A DNA stretch of 64,000 nt. Origin: an uncultured Actinomycetota bacterium. Lineage in GTDB: Bacteria > Actinomycetota > Actinomycetes > JAHEKZ01. The position numbers and the translations under genes were made by a program. Shown here one piece after another: positions 1 through 11,439 of the stretch. Below the pieces are notes generated by a model, which did not search any database, was not told where the DNA came from, and was given only the letters and a program-made list of their open reading frames with translations. The DNA is taken from positions 320,001 to 384,000 of the forward strand of contig CAWHIJ010000003.1 in assembly GCA_963829525.1 (NCBI GenBank). Direction: 5' to 3'. Positions within the stretch are counted from its first letter, which is position 1; the number at the start of each line of letters is the position of its first letter.

Positions 1-324
1 CAGATGCCGCTCTCGACCTTGAAGATCGACCGCTCCTTCACCTCACGACTCGCCGACGACCCCGCTGGGGCCACTCTGGTCAAGGCCATGGTCGACCTCG
101 CCCACGAGTTCGGCCTCGAGGTCGTGGCCGAGGGTGTCGAGGACGCCGAGGTCACGGCTCGGCTGCGTGAGCTCGGTTGCGACATCGGTCAGGGCTTCCT
201 GTGGTCACGCCCGGTCACATCCGATGACCTGCCCGACGTCCTCCTCCAGCTCTCGTTCCAGCGACGGCCCCCGAAGGGCAGCAGCTCGACTGCCGAAGTC
301 GAGCCAGCCCACTCGCCCAGCTGA
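1..324 (+). CDS. EAL-domain (c-di-GMP phosphodiesterase) protein, C-terminal part; 5' end outside the window
   Basis: Typical EAL C-terminal motifs LKIDRSF, VVAEGVE, GCDIGQGF. Confidence 0.9.
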   Translation, partial: QMPLSTLKIDRSFTSRLADDPAGATLVKAMVDLAHEFGLEVVAEGVEDAEVTARLRELGCDIGQGFLWSRPVTSDDLPDVLLQLSFQRRPPKGSSSTAEVEPAHSPS

Positions 325-335
325 CCCCCACTACC

Positions 336-421
336 GCCGAGTGCACAGCAGGTCGACACCCCAGCCCACCGAGTGCGCATCAGGTTGACGGATTTCTCTG
401 TCGAGTGCGAACCGAGGTGTC
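336..421 (+). repeat. Three tandem ~22-nt units (GCCGAGTGCACA..GG.TGAC-like), 32-bp period
   Basis: Units at 336, 368, 400; same family recurs at 8770-8845 (-) and 42912-42965 (+). Confidence 0.75.
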
Positions 422-435
422 GGTAGGCTCCCCTC

Positions 436-1704
436 GTGCTCGATCTCAAGATTCTTCGTGATGACCCGGACGCCGTGCGTCGCTCGCAGACGGCCCGCGG
501 TGAGGATCCCTCGCTCGTCGACGCCGCTCTTGCTGCTGACGAGCAGCGTAGGGCAGCCATTGCCGGTTACGAGCAGCTCCGCTCGGAACAAAAGGCGCTC
601 GGCAAGCAGGTGGCTACCGCGCAGGGTGAAGCCAAGCAAGTGTTGCTCGCGCGGACGAAGGAGCTCTCCGGTCAGGTGAAACTGGCCGAGGCTTCGGCGC
701 GTGAGGCTGAGGATGCGCTGACCGGCGTTCAGCTGCAACTCTCGAACGTCGTTGAACCCGACGCTCCGGTCGGCGGTGAAGATGACTTCACCGTCCTCGA
801 TCACGTGGGCGCTCCGCGAGACTTCGCGGCAGAAGGGTTCGAGCCGCGCGATCACGTCGACCTCGGCAAGCTGCTCGGCGCCATCGACGTCGAGCGCGGA
901 GCGAAGGTGTCGGGCAGCCGATTCTTCTATCTCACCGGACCTGGTGCACTTCTCGAGCTCGCGCTCATCAATCTCGCGGTGAAGCAGGCGGTAACAGCTG
1001 GGTTCACCCCGATGGTGACGCCGGTCCTGGTCAAGCCACCGGCGATGGAAGGCACCGGATTCCTTGGGCAGGCGGCGGAGAACGTCTTCCATCTCGAACA
1101 GGACGACTTCTACCTCGTGGGCACCTCCGAGGTTTCCCTCGCCGCGTACCACTCCGACGAGATCCTGGACGCGAGCTCATTACCGCTGCGCTACGCAGGA
1201 ATCTCAACGTGCTTCCGCCGCGAGGCCGGCACCTACGGCAAAGATACCCGCGGAATCATTCGCGTCCACCAGTTCGACAAGATCGAGATGTTCACGTTCT
1301 GCAAGCCCGAGGACGCGGTCGCCGAGCACCAGCGGTTGCTTGCGTGGGAGAAGCAGTTCCTGGATCAACTCGAGCTGCCTTACCGCGTGATCGACGTTGC
1401 TACGGGCGACCTCGGTTCAAGTGCCGCGCGGAAGTTCGACATCGAGGCGTGGATTCCGACCCAGGGCAAGTACCGCGAGGTCACCTCGACATCCAACTGC
1501 ACCGAGTTCCAGGCCCGACGGCTTGGCGTCCGGATGCGCGACGGCGACAGGACCAGCCCGGTTGCCACGTTGAACGGAACACTCGTGGCGATCCCGCGGG
1601 TGATTGTCGCAATCCTCGAGAACCACCAGCAGGAGGATGGGTCGGTACGCGTGCCCGCTCCGCTGCAGGCCACTCTCGGCACCGAGGTCATCCCACCCAG
1701 GTGA
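436..1704 (+). CDS. serS: Seryl-tRNA synthetase
   Basis: N-terminal coiled coil, [30 protein letters not shown] motifs; TAGGCT -10 box 6 nt before the GTG (leaderless). Confidence 0.98.
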   Translation: MLDLKILRDDPDAVRRSQTARGEDPSLVDAALAADEQRRAAIAGYEQLRSEQKALGKQVATAQGEAKQVLLARTKELSGQVKLAEASAREAEDALTGVQLQLSNVVEPDAPVGGEDDFTVLDHVGAPRDFAAEGFEPRDHVDLGKLLGAIDVERGAKVSGSRFFYLTGPGALLELALINLAVKQAVTAGFTPMVTPVLVKPPAMEGTGFLGQAAENVFHLEQDDFYLVGTSEVSLAAYHSDEILDASSLPLRYAGISTCFRREAGTYGKDTRGIIRVHQFDKIEMFTFCKPEDAVAEHQRLLAWEKQFLDQLELPYRVIDVATGDLGSSAARKFDIEAWIPTQGKYREVTSTSNCTEFQARRLGVRMRDGDRTSPVATLNGTLVAIPRVIVAILENHQQEDGSVRVPAPLQATLGTEVIPPR

Positions 1705-1767
1705 GGGCACCTTGTGTCAACCCGTGACACTCTTGCCGGGTGACGTCGCGAACCGAGGGGCGCTGAG

Positions 1768-3538
1768 GTGGCGACGAGTGTGAAGGGGCCACGCGCTGGC
1801 CGCGCAGAACGACTGCTCGGCTACGTCCCGGGGATTGCCGCCGTCACGTCCTACGAACGGTCCTGGCTCGGCAAGGACATCGTGGCTGGGCTCGTGCTCT
1901 CCGCGCTGCTGGTGCCGCAGGGCATGGCCTATGCCGAGCTGGCGGGGCTGCCGGCGATCACCGGTCTGTACACATCGATCCTCTGCCTTGTCGGCTACGC
2001 GATCTTCGGCCCCTCCCGGGTGCTCGTCCTTGGCCCGGACTCGTCTCTCGGTCCGATGATCGCGGCAACGATCGCCCCCCTACTGCTGGCCGACGGTGAC
2101 CCAGCACGGGCTGTGGCGCTGGCCTCGTTCCTTGGCATCCTCGTCGGCGTCATCATGACGGTCGCCGGTGTTGCCAAGTTCGGCTTCGTCGCCGACCTGC
2201 TCTCCAAGCCGACACAGATCGGCTACCTCAACGGCCTAGCCCTGACGATCATCGTCGGGCAGCTCCCCAAGCTGCTCGGGTTCTCGGTGGATGCCGATGG
2301 GCTCATCGACGAGTTCCGTGGATTCGTGCAGGGAGTGGCAGATGGTGCCACGAACAGCATCGCGGCCCTTATCGGCATCTCGTCGCTGGTCGGCATCCTG
2401 CTTCTGCAGCGCCTGATGCCGAGGGTTCCTGCCGTTCTCGTCGCGGTGGTGCTCGCGTCCATTGCGGTCAATGTACTCAACCTCGAGGACGACGGCGTCG
2501 ACACCATCGGTGTTCTCCCTCAGGGATTCCCCCCGTTCACGATTCCGGACGTCAGCCTGTCCGACATCTCCATGCTGCTGGTTGGCGCGGTGTCCATCGC
2601 GCTCATCGCACTTGCCGACACGATGTCGACCGCATCGTCATTCGCGGCACGGCATGGTGCAGCGAGTGCGGGGCAACCAGGAGATGATCGGGATAGGTGC
2701 CGCCAATATCGCGGCTGGATTCTTCCAGGGGTTCCCGGTCAGCACGAGCGGATCGCGTACAGCGGTAGCCGATAGTGCCGGGTCTCGGTCGCAGGTGACC
2801 GGTCTCGTCGGGGCGGCCGTCATCACGATCGTCATCGTCTTCGCCACCGAGGTGATGCAGTACGTCCCACAGCCGACGCTCGGCGCGGTCGTGATTGCGG
2901 CTGCGTTTTCTCTGGCAGACATCCCTGCGACGCGTCGGCTCTGGCATCAGCGGCGGGTGGAGTTCATCCTGTCGATGATCGCGCTGCTTGGAGTTGCGCT
3001 TCTCGGGGTGCTTCCCGGCATCGTGATCGCTGTGGGCCTGTCCATCCTCAACGTTTTTCGACAGGTGTGGTGGCCGCATCAAGCAGAACTGGGACGGGTC
3101 GATGGCATCGCTGGGATGCACGACACCGCGAGCTATCCGGGCGCCGACCAGCTCCCCGGTTTGATCATCTACCGGTTCGACGCGCCCCTCATCTTCGCGA
3201 ACTCCCGGATGTTCGCCGAAGAGATGCGTGCTATCGCCGAAGAACGTGTGGACGTGAAGTGGATCCTGATCGCTGCAGAGCCGATCACCGACGTCGACAC
3301 GACGGCCTCGGACATGTTGGCAGACCTCGATAAGTGGCTGAATGAGCGGGGCGTCTCGCTGGTGTTCGCCGAAATGAAGGATCCGGTACGAGAGAAGATC
3401 GAGAGGTATGAGCTGACGCGTACCATCGATCCCGCTCACTTCTTCCCCACCCTGGATGACGCTGTCGCCCGCTATCGCAAGGAGACTGGAGCATCCTGGG
3501 AACGACCGGAGGCACCACATGACCCACAGTCGCGCTGA
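1768..3538 (+). CDS. SulP-family anion transporter with STAS domain; one apparent +1 frameshift near 2659
   Basis: PQGMAYA/GLY N-terminus in ORF 1768-2775; NQE..GxSRT and RFDAPLIFAN/DTTA STAS motifs in the next frame; removing one base near 2659 joins them (ARHG-QRVRGNQEM). Confidence 0.85.
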
Positions 3539-4877
3539 ACACCCTCCACCGAGACAGCGCCTGGCGGCAGTGGTGGCGCTGGCAGCTCTGGCCGTCACGG
3601 TGGCCGTTCTCGTTGGCGCGCTGTCTCACCGCTGGGAGGTGCTTGTTGCCAGCGTGCTCTCGTTGGGCGTCGCTGTGTTCGGTTCTTGGTTCGTGCTGAC
3701 GCGAAGGGGCGCCAAGCGAATCGCCGCGATTGTCGTGGTCGTTGCGGGACTGGCTGTCTTTGTCGGTGTTCTGGTCGCTAGCAAGAGCGTGTGGGTCCTT
3801 GTCGTTGCCCTCGCACTTGCTGCTCTCTCGGTCGCCGCCACTGGTGTGGCTTTCTCGGCGGCCGACGCCGCCGTGAAGGGTGTTGAAGCGGGCGCACCAC
3901 GTCCCCAGCGTCCGGTGCTGCTGATGAACCCCCGGTCAGGGGGAGGGAAGGCGGAGAGGTTCGACCTGCCCGCCCGGTGTCGTGAGCGCGGAATCGAACC
4001 GATTGTTCTGCAGCCAGGTGACGACCTTCTCGCGCTCGCTGAGGATACGATCGCCCGAGGGGCTGATGTCATCGGCATGGCCGGAGGCGATGGGTCGCAG
4101 GCACTTGTTGCCTCCGTTGCGAGCAAACATGGCGTTCCCCACGTTGTGATTCCCGCCGGAACCCGCAACCACTTTGCCCGTGACCTCGGCCTCGACCGTG
4201 ACGACGTAGTCGGGGCGATGGGTGCCTTCGTGGACGGCGTCGAGCAAGTGATCGATCTCGCCGAGGTCAACGGACGTGTCTTCGTCAATAACGCTTCGAT
4301 GGGTGTCTACGCGAAGGTCGTGCAGTCGGCTGAGTACCGGGATGCGAAAGTGAAGACGGCGGCGAAGGAACTGCCCGAAATCCTCGGACCAGATGCCACA
4401 CCGCTGGACGTGCGGTTCACCCTGCCCTCCGGAGAGGAAGCCGAGACTGCCCAGCTCATCCTGGTGTCGAACAACACGTACGAGCTGAGTCACCTGTACG
4501 GCGTAGGCACGCGAGCGCGTATGGATGCCGGCCAGCTGGGAGTCGTGACCGTCCAGGTGAACGGCGCTGTCGACGCTGAGAAGCTCGTGGCACTCGAGGC
4601 GGTCGGTCAGGTCCAGCGGTTCGGCGGCTGGCAGCAGTGGGGGGCACCGGAATTCGAGGTGCGCTCCAGTGGACCGGTGGAGATCGGTGTGGACGGTGAG
4701 GCACTGAGCATGGATGCTCCGCTGCGCTTCACGATTCGCGCCGGGGCTTTGCGGGTTCGCCTCCCCCGAAACGCCCCGGGATTACCTCCGGCGGTGCAGG
4801 TGGCGGCGCGTTCAACGGGAAACACCTTGTCCGACCTCTTCAAGGTTGCCCTCGGCCATCCCGTGGGATCAGCGTGA
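3519..4877 (+). CDS. Diacylglycerol/lipid kinase family protein with N-terminal transmembrane helices
   Basis: NPRSGG, GGDGS, PAGTRNHFA, VDGE motifs; ATG at 3519 after GGAGG. Confidence 0.88.
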   Translation: MTHSRAEHPPPRQRLAAVVALAALAVTVAVLVGALSHRWEVLVASVLSLGVAVFGSWFVLTRRGAKRIAAIVVVVAGLAVFVGVLVASKSVWVLVVALALAALSVAATGVAFSAADAAVKGVEAGAPRPQRPVLLMNPRSGGGKAERFDLPARCRERGIEPIVLQPGDDLLALAEDTIARGADVIGMAGGDGSQALVASVASKHGVPHVVIPAGTRNHFARDLGLDRDDVVGAMGAFVDGVEQVIDLAEVNGRVFVNNASMGVYAKVVQSAEYRDAKVKTAAKELPEILGPDATPLDVRFTLPSGEEAETAQLILVSNNTYELSHLYGVGTRARMDAGQLGVVTVQVNGAVDAEKLVALEAVGQVQRFGGWQQWGAPEFEVRSSGPVEIGVDGEALSMDAPLRFTIRAGALRVRLPRNAPGLPPAVQVAARSTGNTLSDLFKVALGHPVGSA

Positions 4878-5542
4878 CGGCCGACACAACACAGCCACCT
4901 GAGGATCGCCTCGCTGATCACATCGAGGCGCGCATCGACGCTGGACTGGCCGCGACAACCCCGGTCCGCGCGTCGACGGCCCGCCTTCTGCGCCGGTTGG
5001 GTCGCTGGGACCTGGCGGTTTACCGCGTTGTCGCCGCGACGTCGACGCCGGTTCTCGACGCTCCCCTGCGCAGGCTGTCGGACTTCGCCAACCACTCCAA
5101 ACCCTGGTTCGTGGTGGCTGCAGGTCTCGGGGTGGCCGGAGGACCACGGGGCCGTCAGGCCGCTGCGACCGGCGTTGCCGCGATCGGGATCACGTCCTTG
5201 GTGGTAAACCAGCCGATGAAGCTGGCTGGAGATCGTCCCCGCCCGGACCGTGAAGGGATGGGAGTTCCTGAGGAGCGGTGGGTGCACATGCCTACCTCCA
5301 GCTCGTTCCCGTCGGGGCACTCGGCGTCTGCTGTGGCTTTCGCCGTCGCCGTTGGCGACGTGATGCCATCGTTGCGGCTTCCGTTGCGGTTGGCGGGAGG
5401 GGTTGTCGCCTTCTCCCGCGTGTATACCGGAGTCCACTACCCGGGAGACGTGGTCGCCGGCGTCGTGTCGGGTGTGCTGATCGGAAAGTCGACGGTACGA
5501 GTGGGGCGTCGCATTGCGGCTCGCCGAGCCACCCTCAGATAG
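4874..5542 (+). CDS. PAP2-family phosphatase
   Basis: K..RPRP, SFPSGH, SRVYTGVHYPGDV motifs; GTGA overlap with the upstream gene. Confidence 0.92.
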   Translation: MTADTTQPPEDRLADHIEARIDAGLAATTPVRASTARLLRRLGRWDLAVYRVVAATSTPVLDAPLRRLSDFANHSKPWFVVAAGLGVAGGPRGRQAAATGVAAIGITSLVVNQPMKLAGDRPRPDREGMGVPEERWVHMPTSSSFPSGHSASAVAFAVAVGDVMPSLRLPLRLAGGVVAFSRVYTGVHYPGDVVAGVVSGVLIGKSTVRVGRRIAARRATLR

Positions 5543-5804
5543 CGACAACCACCTTGCCGCGGGCGTGCCCCTGCTGAACGTGACGGACGGCGTCCGCCGC
5601 TTGTTCGATTGGATAGACGGCGTCAATGACTGGTGACAATTTGCCGGACTCCACCAACTCGACGATCGCCTCGAGGTCTGCCAACCTGCGGCCGGCCAAC
5701 ATCGGTTTGAGTGTCTGGGAAACGAACGGTGACGTCGCAACCACCCGCACCTGCCGACCCATGCCGAGCCATTTGCCGGTCGACGCAGCACCGACCAAGA
5801 CCCG
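5535..5804 (-). pseudogene. C-terminal remnant of an NAD(P)-dependent MDR/quinone oxidoreductase (ADH-like)
   Basis: SPFVSQTL..ELVESGKLSPVIDAVYPIEQAADAVRHVQQGHARGKVVV; similarity stops at the repeat array and there is no N-terminus. Confidence 0.7.
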
Positions 5805-5995
5805 GACCGCACTTCCTCTATGCCAGGACCGCAGCAGACCCACGAGACCGCACTTCTTATGCCAGACCGCACTTCCCTTATGCCAGACGCAATGCCAGAC
5901 CGCACTTCCCCTTGTGGAGGATTCCGTGCGGTTTCGGGCTTGAAAATGGTCCGTCACCGCACGCGATCCCCCAGTGGAGGATTTCGTGCGGTGAC
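5805..5995. repeat. Tandem GACCGCACTTC(C)nTATGCCA repeats plus an imperfect GTCACCGCACG..CGTGCGGTGAC hairpin (REP-like)
   Basis: Copies at 5805, 5846, 5865, 5898; hairpin at 5953-5995. Confidence 0.8.
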
Positions 5996-6013
5996 AGGGG
6001 TCGTGACGGCGCC

Positions 6014-7378
6014 CTAGACGGCGGGGACGGTGGCCAATGCTGCGGCGAATCGCTCCTCGGACACCGGTTCGTCGGTCATCCGGCCGTCGAGGTAGGCGTC
6101 GTAGGCGGCCAGGTCGAAGTGGCCGTGGCCGCAGAGCGCGGTGAGGATCACCTTCTCTTCACCGGTCTCCTTGCAGCGCAGCGCTTCACGCACCGTCTCG
6201 GCGAGCGCATGGGTCGGCTCAGGTGCCGGCACGATGCCTTCAGTCCGGGCGAACTGGAGCCCGGCGGCGAAGCACTCGCTCTGGCCGATCGCCACGGCGT
6301 CCATCAGCCCGAGCTCGTAGACGTGTGAGATCAGCGGGGCCATGCCGTGGTAGCGCAGCCCACCGGCGTGAATCGGGTCTGGCACGAAGTCGTGGCCGAG
6401 GGTATGCATCTTCATAAGTGGCGTCATGCCGGCGGCGTCACCGAAGTCGTACGCGTATCTGCCGTGCGTGAGGGAGGGGCATGACGCCGGTTCGACGGCG
6501 CGGATGTGCGGGTTGATCTTGCCGGCCAGCTTCTCACGCAGGAAGGGGAACGAGAGGCCGGCAAAGTTGGATCCGCCACCGGTGCATCCGACGATGACGT
6601 CCGGCGTCTCGCCAATCTTGGCGAACTGCAGCAGCGCCTCTTCACCGATGATTGTCTGGTGCATGAGGACGTGGTTGAGCACCGAGCCGAGCGCATACCG
6701 CGTCTCTGGTTCGGTCACGGCGACCTCGACGGCCTCACTGATAGCGATGCCGAGGGAACCGGTGTGGTTCGGGTCGGCGGCAAGGTAGGCGCGTCCGGCC
6801 TGCGTCAGCTCAGATGGTGAACGGTGCACCTTGGCGCCGAACGTCTCGATCATCATGCGGCGGTAGGGCTTCTGGTCGTAAGACGCCCCGACCTGCCAGA
6901 CGTCACACTCGATGCCGAACATTGAGCACGCAAGCGCAAGCGCCGTTCCCCACTGTCCGGCCCCCGTCTCGGTGGTGAGCTTGGTGACGCCTGCCTTGGC
7001 GTTGTAGAACGCCTGCGGCACGGCGGTGTTGGGCTTGTGCGATCCAGCCGGTGAAACACCCTCGTACTTGTAGTAGATCCGCGCGGGAGTACCGAGCGCT
7101 TCCTCGAGGCGGTGCGCACGGAACAGGGGGGACGGACGCCAGAGGCGGTAGATGTCCTGTACTTCATCGGGGATGTCAATGAACCGCTCCGACGAAACCT
7201 CTTGCAGGATGAGGTCCATCGGGAAGAGTGGTGCGAGGTCATCAGGGCCGACGGGCTCGTGCGTTCCGGGGTGCAGCGGAGGCGGTGGAGGAGCCGGCAG
7301 GTCGGGCACGATGTTGTACCACTGTGTAGGCATCTCGGACTCATCGAGAACGATCTTGTGCTGCTTCGGCGCTGACAT
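6014..7378 (-). CDS. trpB2: TrpB-like PLP enzyme (TrpB2 type)
   Basis: GSHKPN PLP lysine, [36 protein letters not shown]. Confidence 0.92.
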   Translation of the reverse strand: MSAPKQHKIVLDESEMPTQWYNIVPDLPAPPPPPLHPGTHEPVGPDDLAPLFPMDLILQEVSSERFIDIPDEVQDIYRLWRPSPLFRAHRLEEALGTPARIYYKYEGVSPAGSHKPNTAVPQAFYNAKAGVTKLTTETGAGQWGTALALACSMFGIECDVWQVGASYDQKPYRRMMIETFGAKVHRSPSELTQAGRAYLAADPNHTGSLGIAISEAVEVAVTEPETRYALGSVLNHVLMHQTIIGEEALLQFAKIGETPDVIVGCTGGGSNFAGLSFPFLREKLAGKINPHIRAVEPASCPSLTHGRYAYDFGDAAGMTPLMKMHTLGHDFVPDPIHAGGLRYHGMAPLISHVYELGLMDAVAIGQSECFAAGLQFARTEGIVPAPEPTHALAETVREALRCKETGEEKVILTALCGHGHFDLAAYDAYLDGRMTDEPVSEERFAAALATVPAV

Positions 7379-7431
7379 GTGCTGCCCCTCTCGTCACTCG
7401 AACCCTAGCGAGGGGAGGACACAATGGTCGG

Positions 7432-8232
7432 GTGGACCTCCGACCTCGGCTCATCGCCACGGACCTCGACGGCACCATCGTTAACCACGACGGGTCGGTG
7501 TCGGCGCGGGTCGTGGATGTCCTGGCTGCGGCAATGGACGCCGGTATCCGCGTCGTCTTCGTCACCGGGCGGCCACCCCGATGGATGCACGAGGTGGCCG
7601 AAACGACTGGCCACAGCGGCGTGGGGATCTGCGGAAACGGTGCGTTTGTGTACGACATGAAGACCGAGCGCGTACTCGAGCTGTTCGGCATGTCTCGTGA
7701 GGTGGCGGTCGAAGCGGTCGAACGGGTCCAGGAGGTGCTACCCAGCTCGGCCTTCGCGGTTGAGTCGCTGTCGGGGTTCAGCTATGAGCCCGCCTACAAG
7801 CCGCGCTGGGACGTCCACGAGCCAACGACCACGGGTCCGATCCATGGACTGCTGACAGGTGAGGTGGCCAAGCTGCTGGTACGGGACGAGGTCATACCCG
7901 GTGACGCGATGCTCGAGGTCGCCGCCCCCGTCCTTGTTGGTGTGGTTGAGGTGACCCACTCGAATGTCAACGACTCCCTGCTGGAGTTGAGCGCGCTCGG
8001 AGTCACGAAGGGAACGACGCTGGCCAAGCTCGCGGCCGACTGGGGAATCGCGCAGGACGAGGTCGTCGCCTTTGGTGACATGCCGAACGACGTCGACATG
8101 CTGCGTTGGGCCGGGCGTGGATATGCGGTGGGCAATGCACATCCGTCCGTGCTTTCGGTGGCCGACGAACGCGCGCCATCGATCGATGAGGACGGCGTAG
8201 CCCAGGTGCTGGAACGGCTGCTTGCCCTCTAG
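7432..8232 (+). CDS. Cof-type HAD-IIB hydrolase
   Basis: DLDGT, TGR, KG, FGDMPND motifs. Confidence 0.92.
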   Translation: MDLRPRLIATDLDGTIVNHDGSVSARVVDVLAAAMDAGIRVVFVTGRPPRWMHEVAETTGHSGVGICGNGAFVYDMKTERVLELFGMSREVAVEAVERVQEVLPSSAFAVESLSGFSYEPAYKPRWDVHEPTTTGPIHGLLTGEVAKLLVRDEVIPGDAMLEVAAPVLVGVVEVTHSNVNDSLLELSALGVTKGTTLAKLAADWGIAQDEVVAFGDMPNDVDMLRWAGRGYAVGNAHPSVLSVADERAPSIDEDGVAQVLERLLAL

Positions 8233-8714
8233 TGCGCCTTGACGCGCAGCGTCTCGACGTTGAAGTGGCGGCGGATCTTGGCCGCGAGGTCGGTCGCCGT
8301 GAGTTCGTTGAGGTGGCGGTGACGGACCATCACGACGACCTCGTCTGGGTTGTGGTGGGCCACCAGGTCACCGATCGAGTCCAGTGGGTGGTTCGGGGTG
8401 ACGACGCCTTCAGCGGTGGCGCCAGCATCGGTGAGTGCCTGGACGGAGGCTGCGAGCACCTTCTCCGCATCATGTTGAGCGATCGCACCGGGGTTGTACT
8501 CAGCGTCCGCCAGTGACCTCGTACCAACCCCACGACCAGCGGCGACGCCGAGTTCCCAGTCGTTGACGACTGCGCCCATCGAAGACGACGTCGGTTCTTC
8601 GGGAACCGCGACGTAGAAACTCACCTTTGCGGCATCTCCGCCAGCGATGTCGACGAGCCCGCCAGCATCCTCGGCGGTGAGCGGGTGTGTGGTGACGACT
8701 ACGACGGTACTCAT
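8229..8714 (-). CDS. Conserved hypothetical protein, USP-like fold
   Basis: ATG after GGAGG; beta-alpha pattern and PDEVVVM..H..DLAAKIRR C-terminus resembling universal stress proteins. Confidence 0.6.
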   Translation of the reverse strand: MSTVVVVTTHPLTAEDAGGLVDIAGGDAAKVSFYVAVPEEPTSSSMGAVVNDWELGVAAGRGVGTRSLADAEYNPGAIAQHDAEKVLAASVQALTDAGATAEGVVTPNHPLDSIGDLVAHHNPDEVVVMVRHRHLNELTATDLAAKIRRHFNVETLRVKAH

Positions 8715-8769
8715 GAATCCTCCACGACTCAGGTGACTGCGGAAGTCAAGCACACTAGGGAAGGCCCCG

Positions 8770-8845
8770 GTGCACTCGGCGCCGAAAGACGTCAATCTGG
8801 CTGAACACTCGGCAGGCCTTGGCGTCAACCCGGTGTGCACTCGGC
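8770..8845 (-). repeat. Three units of the 32-bp-period GCCGAGTGCAC repeat family
   Basis: Reverse complement matches 42908-42951 at about 39/44 nt. Confidence 0.8.
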
Positions 8846-8875
8846 GAGCTTGGTGGTTGGCCCCGACGCGGGTCC

Positions 8876-9280
8876 TCAGGCGTCGGGCTGCTTGCGGATG
8901 TGCTCCTTGGGGATGACCGTGGTGCCCGTGGCACGGCAGACCACGATCGGCTCCTTGAGCACATCGGCGGCGCTGGGGGTCAGGTCGTAGCGGGACGCGA
9001 TGATCTTTCGAGCTTCGAACTCGACCGTACGGCTGGTGTTGCCGATCTTCGTGACGCGTCCGGTGGCCTCGATGAAGTCGCCAGCGTAGACAGGCGCCGT
9101 GAACTCGATGTTCGAGTAGCCGACGAACAGCCCCTCGTCGCCGTCGGTGATCACGGCGATCTCGGTGATGACGTCGCCGAAGAGCTTGAGCATGCGAGCA
9201 CCCTCGACGAGGTTGCCCCCGTAGTGCGCCTCCTCCTGGCCGATGCGGACGCGGAGGGTTGAGGTGATCTCGCTGGTCAC
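8876..9280 (-). CDS. kal: Hotdog-fold beta-aminoacyl-CoA ammonia-lyase (Kal/Acl family)
   Basis: [55 protein letters not shown] match the clostridial Kal signature as recalled. Confidence 0.85.
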   Translation of the reverse strand: MTSEITSTLRVRIGQEEAHYGGNLVEGARMLKLFGDVITEIAVITDGDEGLFVGYSNIEFTAPVYAGDFIEATGRVTKIGNTSRTVEFEARKIIASRYDLTPSAADVLKEPIVVCRATGTTVIPKEHIRKQPDA

Positions 9281-11439
9281 TGTGGTGCTCCTTCGATGGT
9301 GGCGTGTGCCGGGGTGTGCGAGTCGAGGGTGATCGACTCGGGGTTTGGGGCGGTAGCCCGCTCGATGACTGCGTCGACGGCGACCGCGCGGTCGCGGCCG
9401 ACGATGATCGGGTTCACGTCGATGGCGACGACTTCGGGGTGCGCGATGCCGAGGTCAGTCACCGCAACCAGGGCGCGCGCGACGGCGTCAACGTCGAGGG
9501 CTCCCCCGCGTGCCTCGGCCATCATGCGGCCCACGTGGCTGGCGGCGAGCAGCCGATGCGCGCCGTCGAGGTCGAGAGCACCGACGTGAACGCTGACCGA
9601 GTCGAGCATCTCGGCCCAGACACCGCCGAGACCGACGATCGTTGTCGGACCGAACTGCGGGTCGCGCTTGTAGCCGACCACTACGTCCAGCGAGCCGGTG
9701 ATCTGCTCGACGACGAGCAGCTCGACGACGAGCCCAGCGGTTGACGCCGCGCACAACACTTCACGGGCGGCAAGCTGGACGGCGTCGGCACCGACGACGT
9801 TGGTCACGACCAGTCCGAGGTCGCTCTTGTGCAGCAGACCGTCGGCCACCGCCTTGATGACGACGGGACCACCAAAGCCGGCAGCGGCTTTAACGGCCTC
9901 GGCAGCCGTCGTGACGCGCTCCTGGCGTGGCGTCTGGATGCCGCACTCTCCGAGGATCTGCAGGGCGACGTCCTCGGTGAGCTCGACCGTCTCGGTGACA
10001 GCCGCGATGCGTGCGGGGTTCCGCTCGACTGCTGAGGCAGGTGGCGCCCGGTGTGCGAGTGCGCCGAGTGCGCGGAGCGCTCCACGCGCGCCGCGAAGCA
10101 ACGCGATGTCGTTGTCGTGGCAGAACGACGTGAGGCGCGGGTCCGGGTCTTGGCTCGTGGGGCTGAGCAGGACCGGCACGACGTTGCGGTCTCGAGTTGC
10201 GTCCGCGAGGTACCGGGCGAGGTCGAGGCCTAGCTGCCGCTCGTACTCGCCGGCAGTCACCTGCTGGTCCTGCGAGACGATGACGTTGTCGCCGCCTTCT
10301 CGGGCAACGGCGTCGATCGCGAGCGGGTAGACCGCGGTGTAGTCGTCGACACCCCACGGGTCGAGTGGGTTCGCGGTGTGGAACGCCGGCCACCGCTCGG
10401 CAAGCGGAGCAGTCGCAGCGTCGGTGAGGTCGGGCAGCTCGAGGCCCGCGTCCTCGGCGAGGTCGCTGAGCAGGTTCGCTTCTCCACCGGAGTTGGTGAC
10501 GATGTGCGTGCGCGAGCCGAGCACCCTGCGTCCGGTGCCCAGGATCTCACCCATAGTGATGAGCTCGTCGAGGTCGTCGGCGAGCACGACGCCGGCCTGC
10601 TGCAACGCGGCCGCGGTGACGCGCGCGCTCGGTGCGAGCTTTCCGGAGTGCGCGAGGATTCCATCGCGCGCCTTGGCCGACCGGCCAACGAAACAGGCAG
10701 CGACGGTCTTGCCGGCCTCGGCCACTTCGCGTGCTGCCGCAAGAACGTCGGGTGCGTCGACGAAGCCCTCGATGAAGACGAGCACCGCGTTGGTCTCGGG
10801 GTCGCTGGCAAAGAAACGCAGATAGTCGCCCGCGGTGGTGACGGCCTCGGTGCCGCTGCTGACAAGCGTGGAGAACGGGATGCGTCCACCGCAGTTGACG
10901 AAGGCCTCGATCACGGCGCCGCTCTGCGCGATGGCAGCGACGCCCCCGCGTCGCACCTGGCCGGGGACGGTGCCGACGTAGGGCATCGCGCCGGTGACGA
11001 GGTCGACGACCCCCATGCAGTTCGGTCCTACCACCGAGATGCCCGTGACGTTGGAGAGCGTGGCCAGCGATGCGGCGAGGTCGGTCGCGGCGCCGCCGGA
11101 GTCGGTGAAGCCGCCGCCCGGAACGATCACGGCGCCGGCCCCGATCGCGGCTGCCTCCTCGGCGATCGCTTGGACGCGCGCGGTTCCGACGAGAGCGACG
11201 ACCGCGTCCGGTGCGGTGTCGAGGTCAGAGAGAGTGGCAACCGTTGGGACACCGGCAACCTCGGAGTACTTGCCGTTCACCGGGACGATGAGCCCACCGA
11301 AGCGGTGATCGGCGCAGTTGCGCTGCACGATCTGTCCGGCGAACGAGCGTGGGCTTGCGCCGACGACGGCGATCGAGCGCGGGCGCAGGGTGGCTGCGAG
11401 TGCCGCCTGCGTCGGCTGGTGGGTGCGGCTGGCGTCCAT
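9277..11439 (-). CDS. NDP-forming acyl-CoA synthetase (acetate-CoA ligase family, fused alpha/beta)
   Basis: [20 protein letters not shown], phospho-His segment AHSGKLA, NPLD, ATP-grasp HKSDLG, DPQFGP, DVNP, VDA; start ATG at 11439. Confidence 0.88.
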   Translation of the reverse strand: MDASRTHQPTQAALAATLRPRSIAVVGASPRSFAGQIVQRNCADHRFGGLIVPVNGKYSEVAGVPTVATLSDLDTAPDAVVALVGTARVQAIAEEAAAIGAGAVIVPGGGFTDSGGAATDLAASLATLSNVTGISVVGPNCMGVVDLVTGAMPYVGTVPGQVRRGGVAAIAQSGAVIEAFVNCGGRIPFSTLVSSGTEAVTTAGDYLRFFASDPETNAVLVFIEGFVDAPDVLAAAREVAEAGKTVAACFVGRSAKARDGILAHSGKLAPSARVTAAALQQAGVVLADDLDELITMGEILGTGRRVLGSRTHIVTNSGGEANLLSDLAEDAGLELPDLTDAATAPLAERWPAFHTANPLDPWGVDDYTAVYPLAIDAVAREGGDNVIVSQDQQVTAGEYERQLGLDLARYLADATRDRNVVPVLLSPTSQDPDPRLTSFCHDNDIALLRGARGALRALGALAHRAPPASAVERNPARIAAVTETVELTEDVALQILGECGIQTPRQERVTTAAEAVKAAAGFGGPVVIKAVADGLLHKSDLGLVVTNVVGADAVQLAAREVLCAASTAGLVVELLVVEQITGSLDVVVGYKRDPQFGPTTIVGLGGVWAEMLDSVSVHVGALDLDGAHRLLAASHVGRMMAEARGGALDVDAVARALVAVTDLGIAHPEVVAIDVNPIIVGRDRAVAVDAVIERATAPNPESITLDSHTPAHATIEGAPQ

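Noticed and set aside
336-421. CRISPR array interpretation of the 32-bp-period repeats (also 5805-5914)
   Set aside because: Only 2-4 degenerate units with linkers of about 10 nt or irregular length, dispersed loci and no cas genes.
325-435. T-box riboswitch before serS
   Set aside because: No T-box motif; the space is filled by repeats and the gene appears leaderless.
2641-2670. Programmed frameshifting in SulP, MCP or GT-C
   Set aside because: No slippery heptamers or shared signal; all are consistent with isolated base insertions.
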